A DNA stretch of 64,000 nucleotides from the NCBI GenBank assembly GCA_030704615.1, contig CM060734.1, positions 54,870,001 through 54,934,000 on the forward strand, read 5' to 3'. This stretch comes from Takakia lepidozioides (taxonomy: Eukaryota > Plantae > Bryophyta). The position numbers and the translations under genes are program-made. Positions 25,086 to 36,969 of this stretch are shown here, in pieces; the stretch's first letter is position 1; every line of letters starts with the position of its first letter. Below the pieces are notes generated by a model. That model saw only the letters and a program-made list of their open reading frames with translations. It made no database searches and was not told the origin of the DNA.

Positions 25086-27373
25086 ATGGTGATTGAGGCA
25101 TCTAGACTCCTTCCAGTACCCCATGTGGTTGCCTTCCCCTTTCCAGCGGTAAGCCACATGAACCTCTGCGTGCAATTATCGAAGATCTTGGCTAGCTATG
25201 GCGTCACTGTCACCTTTGTGACCACGACCCCACATCTCTCCGGCGTGAAGCGAGCACTGACTGATGACAAGGGATTTGAATTCAGCCATAATTTGCATTT
25301 GGTAGCTCTTGAGCTGTCTGCGGAATATGCAACTGTAAACAGTTCAAGCATTCAAGACCTGAGGAGGGCATTTGACTCACCCACAATGAAAGGATCCTTT
25401 GAAGAACTCATAAGATCACTGATGAACTCTCCCCCCGCTACCCTCGTAGGTCCTCCTGTATGCATCATCTCCGACATGTTCATGAATTGGACTCAGGTAT
25501 GATTGCATTGCAGTACAAGAGAGCTTTGATTCAGTGTTTCATTTGTAAGTTCCGCCTGTCCATTTATGTTTGACATTGGTTACAACAATCTAGAAATCTT
25601 GTACATGCCACTCTGTATTATAATGATTAAGCTTGAGTTGCGAAGATTACCATATTAAAGTGGGATCATTGAGGCCTTCCATTCACTCACCAAAAGTATG
25701 CTGGTGATCTAGTGAGCTAGCCTGAGAAAGATGTACAAAATTTCTGCTAGATAGTTTTTGACTCTTTCCATAAGCTTACACCTCACGAGTGACGCAACTT
25801 GAATGGCAGGTTACAGCTACCAAGTATTCAATTCCAAGATATTGTCTGGCAAATTCACCGCATTTTATTTCCCTGCTATACCACTTGCGCTCTTTCATTG
25901 CACAAGGTCGGATTCCTGTGACGGATGACCAGGCTCCATATGTCATCCCGGGGTTTCCTCCCATCAAACCTCACGACATGCCTCCACCCATGCGCTCACA
26001 AAATGTCACACGCATTGTTGCTGCGAACAGGTTGTGGGAAGCTGCTGGGGTGCTTGTGGATGGTGTTTATGAAATGGAATCAGCCGTTATGGAAGGGCTT
26101 CGAGATGTACTTTGTAGTGGCTCGAAGATGAGTAAGGTCAGTATTTCGACTTTGTACAGGAATGTTACATGGCAGAGTTGGAACTGACTTAGACTAGGAT
26201 ACTCTCACACTTGACTTCTGCAAAGCGAAGAGCGACCATGGAGAGAAAAATTCAAGGGGTTACTGACCAACAATGTGACAGACTCAAGAGAGAGATGTGC
26301 GAGAGAGAAGATATTGCTAGGTGAGAGAGCACGTCGGTCACCTTTGGATTAAGCCAAAGAAGAATTATGCATCTGCTCCACTGACTACAATACTAAATCT
26401 TAGCTTAGTTCAGTAAAGATTTGATGACAAGCTCTCAGCTATTTAGACCTTGGGTCTAGCGATTTGAATAGCTGAAGTGAAGGGTATCTTTGTGACCTTG
26501 TTGAATCATGGAAGCTGGAAGTCAATTCGTGACAAACATGTTAGTTGCATCCTTACAGCTCCAGCGATTATGAAAGCTTTATACATACTGGATATTATTT
26601 ACATGAAATTGGACTGTTGTTTGCAGGTGCCTAGGGTCTTTACTGTGGGACCCACAGTACTAGGTGGCACCAAGGAAAACAGGTTGAACAACCAACCGCA
26701 AGTGAGTTCAGACAAGCATGAGTGCATAGACTGGTTGAACACACAGCCAACCTCATCCGTTCTGTATATGTCCTTTGGAAGCATAGCTTCTCTCTCTGCC
26801 ACACAGATTCATGAACTTGCTCTCGGGCTTGAGATGAGTGGGCAGAATTTCCTTTGGGTACTCAGAGTTCCACAAGGTAGTGAAGTTGACCCAGTGCCCC
26901 ACATCTCTGCCTTCCTCCCTGAAAGTTTCATGGAGAGGACTAAGAAGCAAGGAATAGTGTTCTGTGCGTGGGCACCACAGTTGCAGATCCTTGCCCATCC
27001 CGCAGTTGGAGGTTTCCTGACCCACTGTGGGTGGAATTCCACAGTGGAGAGCATTTGCATGGCCGTGCCCATGATAGCTTGGCCGATCGAAGCTGAGCAA
27101 CACATGAACAAAATGCTTGTGGTCGATGTAATAAAAGTTGCTGTTGGAGTCCTCGAGGGATCTGATGGAGTGGTTGGCAAAGAGGAGGTAGAGAGGGCCG
27201 CGAGGCTTCTGATGGGAGATGAGAGGGGAGAGATGTTGAGGAAAAATGTGAAGGATCTGAGTGTTATAGCACGAAATGCTGTAGCGCCCGGCGGCTCTTC
27301 CAACAAGAACTTGGCTTCTTTTGTAGAAGAACTTCGGTCTTTAGCCAAGTTTGCTGAACATTCCAGACAGTGA
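25086..27373 (+). CDS. Family-1 UDP-glycosyltransferase copy 1 (exons 25086-25496, 25810-26136, 26627-27373; 494 aa)
   Basis: PHVVAFPFPAVSH (catalytic His), CIISDMF (Asp), WLNTQPTSSVLYMSFGS and PSPG box WAPQLQILAHPAVGGFLTHCGWNSTVES...WPIEAEQ. GT-AG introns keep the frame. Confidence 0.93.
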
Positions 27374-27861
27374 CTGACCCAAGAGAGACTGTGACTGACC
27401 CAAGTGCAGTTTATTGTGTCGCGGGATTATTCTAAAGGAGTATAATTTAATATGACAATGGACTCGCATGGTTTTTGTGAGAGTCTACTTGGGATCTGTT
27501 GAGAATGCATCAGATCCAGAAAGAAGTGAAGAACATGGTTTCTTTGTCTTCCAAGAAAGAAGTGCCAAGTTCCAAGAAAATCTCAAGGACATGGAAACAA
27601 GTAATAAAAGAAGCAGCTGTTGCTTTGAGCAAACGAATCCCTGATGGCCAGATAAAAATAACAAAGCAAACTCCATTTTCTGCTGAGGGGTATCCTACAC
27701 AAGTGGAAAGATCCCAAATAATGTGTAAGGGCTGCCCAAAAATATTTAAAAAAATAAAAATAAAAAATCGCATCTCTGTCAGAGCTTGCCCACCTTTGAA
27801 GACACATAATGTGACGACTCCCATTGTCCGTAAAACTGGAGAAATTGTCGTGAACAAAGGC

Positions 27862-28005
27862 TCTTGGAGGTGTCAAGGCTATAGCCCTTGCACGGCACTC
27901 TGAGAACAGGACGGGACGGGTAGCTCAGTGGTAGAGCACCCCACAGGAATGGGGGAGGTCCTAGGTCAATCCCTAGCCCGACCACACGCCACTGGTTTTC
28001 CAACA
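27862..28005. mobile_element. Miniature solo LTR containing a tRNA-like sequence
   Basis: TCTTGG...CCAACA termini, 5-bp TSD AAGGC, empty site at 30283-30287, internal cloverleaf at 27914-27984. Confidence 0.75.
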
Positions 28006-28246
28006 AAGGCACCTCATGAGATGCAAGAAGTTGTAATCGATAGCGGTGAATCGTGCTGGGTTTGACACTGCAAACGAAGGGCATGCATTGTACTGAATGT
28101 GCCCTACAGTGTGATTCTCTGGGATCTGCCATATTGGACACCGGTCCCAATATGGATGTGGCTTGATTTTATTGCAAGCGTGTGAGCTGACGGGTACGGC
28201 CCGCGAGGTACAGACGGGGACCTGCTCCGGCAGCCTCGTGGGCGAG

Positions 28247-28285
28247 CTGGACGCCCCATGTCAAATCATCCCCACCCCTCCGCCC
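28247..28285 (+). repeat. About 40-bp stub of the Mutator-like element left TIR
   Basis: CTGGACGCCCCATGTCAAATCATCCCCACCCCTCCGCCC is identical to 37197 onward and is fused directly to UGT intron-1 sequence. Confidence 0.85.
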
Positions 28286-29845
28286 TATTAAAGTGGGATC
28301 ATTGAGGCCTTCCATTCACTCACCAAAAGTATGCTGGTGATCTAGTAAGCTAGCCTGAGAAAGATGTACAAAATTTCTGCTGGATACTTTTGTACTCGTT
28401 CCATAAGCTTACACCTCACGAGTGACACAACTTGAATGGCAGGTTACAAGCTACCAAGTATTCAATTCCAAGATATTGTCTGGCAAATTCACCGCATTTT
28501 ACTTCCCTGGTATACCACTTGCGCTCTTTCATTGCACAAGGTCGGTTTCCTGTGACGGTTGACCAGGCTCCATTTGTCATCCCGGGGTTTCCTCCCATCA
28601 AACCTCACGACATGCCTCAACGTATGCACTCACAAGATGCCAAGCCATACATTGTTGCTGCGAACAGATTGTGGGAAGCTGCTGGGGTGCTTGTGGATGG
28701 TGTTTATGAAATGGAATCAGCCGTTATGGAAGGGCTTCGAGATGTACTTTGTAGTGGCTCGAAGATGAGTAAGGTCAGTATTTCGACTTTGTACAGGAAT
28801 GTTACAGGGCAGAGTTGGAACTGTCTTAGACTAGGATACCCTCACACTTGACTTCTGCAAAGCGAAGAGAGACCATGGACAGAAAAATTCAAGGGGTTAC
28901 TGACCAACAATGTGACAGACTCAAGAGAGAGATGTGCGAGAGAGAAGATATTGCTAGGTGAGAGAGCACGTCGGTCACCTTTGGATTAAGCCAAAGAAGA
29001 ATTATGCATCTGCTCCACTGACTACAATACTAAATCTTAGCTTAGTTCAGTAATAACTTAGATATCTTAGCGTAACACTTGACTTCTGCAATAGTATTGA
29101 AAATAATACATGTATCTGGAAGAGCGACCATGGAGAGAAAAATTCAAGGGGTTACTGACCAACAATGTGACAGACTCAAGAGAGAGATGTGCGAGAGAGA
29201 AGATATTGCTAGGTATCTTTGTTGCCTTGTTGAATCATGGCTGCTGGAAGCAAAACGGTATGTATCTCTGCCACACAGATTCATGAACTTTTTCTCGGGC
29301 TTGAGATGAGTGGGCAGAGTTTCCTTTGGGTACTTAGAGTTCCACAAGGTAGTGAAGTTGACCCAGTGCCCCACATCTCTGCCTTCCTCCCTGAAAGTTT
29401 CATGGAGAGGACTAAGAAGCAGGGAATAGTGTTCTGTGCGTGGGCACCACAGTTGCAGATCCTTGCCCATCCCGCAGTTGGAGGTTTCCTGACCCACTGT
29501 GGGTGGAATTCCACAGTGGAGAGCATTTGCATGGCCGTGCCCATGATAGCTTGGCCGATCGAAGCTGAGCAACACATGAACAAAATGCTTGTGGTCGAAG
29601 TAATAAAAGTTGCTGTTGGAGTCCTCGAGGGATCTGATGGAGTGGTTGGCAAAGAGGAGGTAGAGAGGGCCGCGAGGCTTCTGATGGGAGATGAGAGAGG
29701 AATGACGTTGAGGAAAAATGTGAAGGATTTGAGTGTTATAGCACGAAATGCTGTAGCGCCCGGCGGCTCTTCCAACAAGAACTTGGCTTCCTTTGTAGAG
29801 GAACTCCAATCTTTAGTCAAGCTTGCTGGACATTCGAGACAGTGA
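28286..29845 (+). pseudogene. Orphan 3' half of a UGT (part of intron 1, frameshifted exon 2, 5'-truncated exon 3)
   Basis: Starts mid-intron (TATTAAAGTGGG). Extra A in GTTACAAGCTACC, duplicated intron-2 piece at about 29075-29213, PSPG box retained. Confidence 0.88.
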
Positions 29846-31539
29846 CTGACCCAAGTGTAGTTTATTGTGTCGCACATGTGATTATTTTTTAGGCTTATCC
29901 AGAATTGGATTGCGCCAAAGGAGTATAATATAATACGACAACGGAATCGCGTGGTTTTTGTGACCGCCTACTTGGGATCTGTTGAGAATGCATCAGATCC
30001 AGAAAGAAGTGAAGAACATGGTTTCTTTGTCTTCCAAGAAAGAAGTGCCAAGTTCCAAGAAAATCTCAAGGAAATGGAAACAACTAACAAAAAGAAGTAG
30101 CTGTTGCTTTCAGCAAAAAAATCCCTAATGGCCAGATAAAAATAACAAAGCAAACTCCATTTTCTGCTGAGGGGCATCCTACAAGTGGAAAGATCGCAAC
30201 GCTGTCAGAACTTGTCCACCTTTGAAGACACATAATGTGACGATTCCAGTTGTCCGTAAAACTGGAGGACTCGTCATGAACGAAGGCACCTGATGAGATG
30301 CAAGAGTTGTAATTGATAGCGGCGAGTCGTGCTCGGTTTGACACTGCAAACGAAGGGCAGGCATTGTACTGATGTGCCTTGCAGTGTGATTCTCTGATTG
30401 TAATCTCCCATATTGGACACAGGGTTGTGGATACAAACGTAGTGCGCTCATCCCCGCTTTCTCAACATGTGCTGCTGCATTACTGCTTCAGTTGGGAAAT
30501 GCATGTAGACACTCGAGAGCTTTGACATGGTGCAGTGGAGATGATGATCGAACACCTGTTGAAGACTGCACTGGCGTCATTTTCGAATCATCTGACGAAG
30601 GGGTGAGTTAGATTGGGTACCATCAGTATCATGCGCAGAGTCCATAATGTTCCAGGTAGAGCCCACTGAATTCATGCTGCGCAAAACCCCATCATCCGGT
30701 CCATAAACCGATTTTAGAGCAGACTCGCTGACGTGGCGCGTTTCTCAAAGGCACTCGGTACAGACCCGGCGCCCGATTTGAGGAGGGGTGCTACGACCTA
30801 CTAGATTTTAACTACCTACCGAGCCGCGTAGGTCCTGGCTCCCTGCTATATTCGGTGGTGGTAGGTGCGTACAAGGGTAAACTGACTGGCTCGCTGCCCT
30901 AAAAACCGGTTATGTCCGGTAGCGCTCGAGAGGAACCCCTGCTATCGGATATAGCAGGTCATGACACCGAGCCGCGTCACTGCCCCGGCCTCTCAGTCGT
31001 GAGGCCTCAGATGTTGATGTGATATGAGCAGAGCTTGCGGGGGCATGGGGTGAACGCGGTAGCCTGTAGGGATGCGCGCCCTCGACGAAGAGGACAAAGG
31101 GGATGACAGTTGAGCAACCGTCTGGTCTGATTAGGGGATGTGGGAGGATGAATATCGTGAATATCATTTATTCATCCTTTCTATTCATTTATTTATTTGG
31201 AAAGGGGCCGTGAGAAACTCTTAAATCAGAAATACATAGAACATTTGATTTCCTAAGCATATCATCCATGAGTGATCAAAAGAAGCTATTGGGGGAAGTG
31301 ATGCTGGGAAAATGTGCCGTAGAAAGAAAGAGTTCTGTGGGGAGGGGTTCACCAACTTGGTCTCATTATTTTGGGACCCGCGGTGTGGGAGATATGGAAT
31401 TTCGAGTACTTTTGGTCACTGGAAATTCGTGAAGAATAGCAAAGTGGGCTTTCTTGGAACAATGATTGGATATATTACTACTCAATAAATGCATGAAAAA
31501 ACATAAATTAGTTTTTGAAATATATGATTGTAGTATTAT

Positions 31540-33176
31540 CCCTTAATCTCCCAACCGAGACCGGTCGCTTGCTGTGGGAGATTCATCGCAACATCCGCAG
31601 ATGCTCTGAGATGGGGATGACGTCTGAAGACAAATCGAGCTTTCCATCAGAGGAAGCCTCTCCTCGAAAAAAAAATTAAAAAAAAAAATAATGTGGCATG
31701 GGCGAATTTCTGTCCGTCAGCGCTCCCAAAACGGGTTGCTTTTCTTGAGTTGATTGGACAGGTGGCAGCACTAAATCGGCTGCAGTCCCAATTTAGGGTG
31801 AAGCTGCATGCAACAATTTTAGGGTGGCGGGTGGCGACACGTTTGCCTGTGCACGGTTATACATGAGAGGGTGAGTTGGGTGAAGTGAGCATGGGGTGGC
31901 ACAAGATGGGACGTGGCCCCCAAGAACAAAATATTCTGCCTAAAGTCCAATTATTGGTCCAAAGACAATATTGCACTTACTGCCAAAAAATTTCCCAAGA
32001 CTTTACTAAATTGCTCAAATGCTTTCACGTTGTGGGGCATTGGCATGGCACCCACACATCCACCGTCCAGTTTATTTCAAAAAGTTGGGAAACATTGCAC
32101 CTCCTTTGGAGGCTACTGTCACCATTCAATTTTTTACTTTTTATATCCCCACCTACACCCATACAAAACAGCCCATAAAAAAAATGCTCATTTGGCCCTA
32201 AAATTTGGCAAGGAGATAGTGATTGCATGAAAATTACAAAAAAACCACAATTTGTTTTGGTCAAACCATAATTTTGTAGGATGTGTGGGAGCTGACACAT
32301 AATTTCTTCTTATTTCTGTGGTGGCCGTATTGGAGGTGTGATGCATAACCAAGCTAGGTACAATGTTGTATGGTTGAAACTTATGGATGAAAAGTTGTAA
32401 GTTATGGGCAGTTAAGTCTTTGAGGTACCAAAAATGGTCAAAATGTTGAAAACGGGCTTGGGAGATTAACCCCTAAAGCCCATCCCCTAGTAAAACTTCG
32501 ATCTGTAGCTCAATTTCCCGTCTTGAATTTGAGAATTGTTTTTAATTTTTTTTTCATAGATGAACCGATATGTTTAGTATAAATCTTGAATTTTTCAAAT
32601 GTCTCATAAAAAGTGAAATATTATGATTTTCTTAAGCTTAGTATCTTCAAAAATTCCACTGCCAAAAGATTTTGTTTGTATTTATTGTGCCGTTAAAAAG
32701 CAGAATTCATCGGGGTGCATTCCACATGGCGGAATGCACCCCATCAGCTCCCTCGAGTGCATTTCGAAATGCAGAATGCACCGGTTGTTAGATTTTCTTT
32801 AAAAACAAATAGGCAGTTCTTTACACAGGGTAATGCCCCTCGTGTCAAAATTTATGAAAATTTCACCTTGGGTGGCAATCACAATGAAAAACACTTTAGT
32901 ATATTTAAAATTCAGAAAACGTGTTTAAGTTGAAAAATTCGATAGAAAAACTATGCTGAAGAACAAATTGGCTCTTGACCCATTGAATTGGTAATTTCTA
33001 TAAAAGATTCAATAATTGGAATTTTGATGAATCATAAAATGGAATAGAGACTAGACTTGATTATCTTTATTTTGTTAGTTCAACTCAAATGCAAAAAAAG
33101 ATTGTTTTCAAAGTGAAAACTAAGTTTGACCAGAGAGAAGCCACTCTAGGCCTCTTGGGAGTTTAGGAATTAAGGG
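31540..33176. mobile_element. Possible second, older piggyBac-like non-autonomous element
   Basis: TTAT|CCCTTAAT ... ATTAAGGG|TTAA, with a non-coding AT-rich interior. Only 8 bp of the TIR match perfectly. Confidence 0.35.
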
Positions 33177-34054
33177 TTAATACATCAGATCGCGCTCATT
33201 TTGTTCATGTTTACATATTTTTAAGCATTTCATTGTACCACACATTCTTTGTAACTAAACAAACATCCAACTTCATTTTAGTATATTGAATTCTTCCCAC
33301 ATTGGCCTTGACATAGGATTGCACTTGGACTTACATGACACTCGACACTGGGCCAACGGCTCATGCTATCGTGCTTCGGTCTGTCGTGAAGAGTGTGCAG
33401 ATACAGGAGCAGCAGGGAGTTACTCGGCCGACATTCTTGAGAGGCCTCCAGTACTGTGATCTGCACAGCACCATGTGTCTCGTGTAGGTGAAAGTGATGC
33501 AGCTGGAATTAACCTATCTACTCGAAGCTTGGTGTTTTCGTGTTTGGCTGAGCATGCGATGGTTGCCTTAATCCAAGCATCATAGCGGTCCAATCCCGTC
33601 CTTCTTTTACAAGTCTTTGCTTCCATAGCTCCACGAGTGGCTCATCATAAAGTACTTTTAGGTCTGCAGGCAGCTGGTGGCAGTGGACATCGCGCGGAGA
33701 TCCTCTTGCCTCGTGCTCCTGCTGTAGGCCAACAGCACCCGGCAGAAATTGCCCATCAGTTTGACAAAGAGACCGATTACTCAGGCCTGAGTGGGACAGA
33801 TCAAAAACCCACGTACATGTGTCCCATTTCTCTAGTTTTCCAGCCCATACTGAATTCCGTCGGGCTTGTCTGTAGGCCGTCTGGCTATATCCATTGCTGG
33901 TGACATTAGCACTTGAAGCAATATTAGAGGTGGGCACATGTGAAGACTTGGCTTTCGGAAGCATTTAAAAGCATATCATTCACTCCATTTGGTGCTTTCC
34001 TTCTATTTCTCCAGTTTCTGCAGAGTTCTGTTCTACGACGTCTTCCTTGTCGAA

Positions 34055-36342
34055 ATGGTGATTGAGGCATCTAGACTCCTTCCAGTACCCCATGTGGTTG
34101 CCTTCCCCTTTCCAGCGGTAAGCCACATGAACCTCTGCGTGCAATTATCGAAGATCTTGGCTAGCTATGGCGTCACCGTCACCTTTGTGACCACCACCCC
34201 ACATCTCTCCAGCGTCAAGCGAGCACTGACTGATGACAAGGGATTTGGATTCAGCCATAATTTGCATTTGGTAGCTCTTGAGCTGTCTGCGGAATATGCA
34301 ACTGTAAACAGTTCAAGCATTCAAGACCTGAGGAGGGCATTTGCATCACCCATCATAAAAGGATCCTTTGAAGAACTCATAAGTTCACTGATGAACTCTC
34401 CCCCCGCTACCCTCGTGAGTCCTCCTGTATGCATCATCTCCGACATGTTCATGGATTGGACTCAGGTATGATTGCATTGCAGTACAAGAGAGCTTTGATT
34501 CAGTGTTTCATTTGTAAGTTCCGCCTGTCCATTTATGTTTGACATTGGTTACAACAATCTAGAAAACTTGTACATGCCACTCTGTATTATAATGATTAAG
34601 CTTGAGTTGCGAAGATTACCATATTAAAGTGGGATCATTGAGGCCTTCCATTCACTCACCAAAAGTATGCTGGTGATCTAGTGAGCTAGCCTGAGAAAGA
34701 TGTACAAAATTTCTGCTAGATAGTTTTTGACTCTTTCCATAAGCTTACACCTCACGAGTGACACAACTTGAATGGCAGGTTACAGCTACCAAGTATTCAA
34801 TTCCAAGATATTGTCTGGCAAATTCACCGCATTTTATTTCCCTGCTATACCACTTGCGCTCTTTCATTTCACAAGGTCGGATTCCTGTGACGGATGACCA
34901 GGCTCCATATGTCATCCCGGGGTTTCCTCCCATCAAACCTCACGACATGCCTCCACCCATGCGCTCACAAAATGTCACACGCATTGTTGCTGCGAACAGG
35001 TTGTGGGAAGCTGCTGGGGTGCTTGTGGATGGTGTTTATGAAATGGAATCAGCCGTTATGGAAGGGCTTCGAGATGTACTTTGTAGTGGCTCGAAGATGA
35101 GTAAGGTCAGTATTTCGACTTTGTACAGGAATGTTACATGGCAGAGTTGGAACTGACTTAGACTAGGATACTCTCACACTTGACTTCTGCAAAGCGAAGA
35201 GCGACCATGGAGAGAAAAATTCAAGGGGTTACTGACCAACAATGTGACAGACTCAAGAGAGAGATGTGCGAGAGAGAAGATATTGCTAGGTGAGAGAGCA
35301 CGTCGGTCACCTTTGGATTAAGCCAAAGAAGAATTATGCATCTGCTCCACTGACTACAATACTAAATCTTAGCTTAGTTCAGTAAAGATTTGATGACAAG
35401 CTCTCAGCTATTTAGACCTTGGGTCTAGCGATTTGAATAGCTGAAGTGAAGGGTATCTTTGTGACCTTGTTGAATCATGGAAGCTGGAAGTCAATTCGTG
35501 ACAAACATGTTAGTTGCATCCTTACAGCTCCAGCGATTATGAAAGCTTTATACATACTGGATATTATTTACATGAAATTGGACTGTTGTTTGCAGGTGCC
35601 TAGGGTCTTTACTGTGGGACCCACAGTACTAGGTGGCACCAAGGAAAACAGGTTGAACAACCAACCGCAAGTGAGTTCAGACAAGCATGAGTGCATAGAC
35701 TGGTTGAACACACAGCCAACCTCATCCGTTCTGTATATCTCCTTTGGAAGCATAGCTTCTCTCTCTGCCACACAGATTCATGAACTTGCTCTCGGGCTTG
35801 AGATGAGTGGGCAGAATTTCCTTTGGGTACTCAGAGTTCCACAAGGTAGTGAAGTTGACCCAGTGCCCCACATCTCTGCCTTCCTCCCTGAAAGTTTCAT
35901 GGAGAGGACTAAGAAGCAGGGAATAGTGTTCTGTGCGTGGGCACCACAGTTGCAGATCCTTGCCCATCCCGCAGTTGGAGGTTTCCTGACCCACTGTGGG
36001 TGGAATTCCACAGTGGAGAGCATTTGCATGGCCGTGCCCATGATAGCTTGGCCGATCGAAGCTGAGCAACACATGAACAAAATGCTTGTGGTCGATGTAA
36101 TAAAAGTTGCTGTTGGAGTCCTCGAGGGATCTGATGGAGTGGTTGGCAAAGAGGAGGTAGAGAGGGCCGCGAGGCTTCTGATGGGAGATGAGAGGGGAGA
36201 GATGTTGAGGAAAAATGTGAAGGATCTGAGTGTTATAGCACGAAATGCTGTAGCGCCCGGCGGCTCTTCCAACAAGAACTTGGCTTCTTTTGTAGAAGAA
36301 CTTCGGTCTTTAGCCAAGTTTGCTGAACATTCCAGACAGTGA
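34055..36342 (+). CDS. Family-1 UDP-glycosyltransferase copy 3 (exons 34055-34465, 34779-35105, 35596-36342; 494 aa)
   Basis: Same structure as copy 1 at offset 8969, intact frame, PSPG box present. Confidence 0.93.
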
Positions 36343-36830
36343 CTGACCCAAGAGAGACTGTGACTGACCCAAGTGCAGTTTATTGTGTCGCGGGATTATT
36401 CTAAAGGAGTATAATTTAATATGACAATGGACTCGGATGGTTTTTGTGACAGTCTACTTGGGATCTGTTGAGAATGCATCAGATCCAGAAAGAAGTGAAG
36501 AACATGGTTTCTTTGTCTTCCAAGAAAGAAGTGCCAAGTTCCAAGAAAATCTCAAGGACATGGAAACAAGTAATAAAAGAAGCAGCTGTTGCTTTGAGCA
36601 AAAGAATCCCTGATGGCCAGATAAAAATAACAAAGCAAACTCCATTTTCTGCTGAGGGGTATCCTACACAAGTGGAAAGATCCCAAATAATGTGTAAGGG
36701 CTCCCCAAAAATATTTAAAAAAATAAAAATAAAAAATCGCATCGCTGTGAGAGCTTGCCCACCTTTGAAGACACATAATGTGACGACTCCCATTGTCCGT
36801 AAAACTGGAGAACTTGTCGTGAATGAAGGC

Positions 36831-36969
36831 TCTTGGAGGTGTCAAGGCTATAGCCCTTGCACGGCACTTTGAGAACAGGACGGGTAGCTCAGTGGTAGAG
36901 CACCCCACAGGAATGGGGGAGGTCCTAGGTCAATCCCTAGCCCGACCACACGCCACTGGTTTTCCAACA
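36831..36969. mobile_element. Miniature solo LTR containing a tRNA-like sequence (paralogous copy)
   Basis: TSD AAGGC (36826-36830, 36970-36974), cloverleaf at 36878-36948. Confidence 0.75.

Noticed and set aside
26477-26626. N-terminal part of the 298-aa UGT ORF (also 35446-35595)
   Set aside because: Intron 2 read-through; the exon begins after TTGCAG at 26627.
27499-27903. 134-aa Lys-rich ORF after the UGT (also 36468-36872)
   Set aside because: Non-ATG start, frame broken in the 29.9-30.3 kb paralogue, and it runs into the mini-LTR; probably 3' flank.
27914-27984. Genuine tRNA gene
   Set aside because: The anticodon loop is 6 nt, the T-loop lacks TTC, and it sits inside a TSD-flanked insertion absent from the paralogous site.
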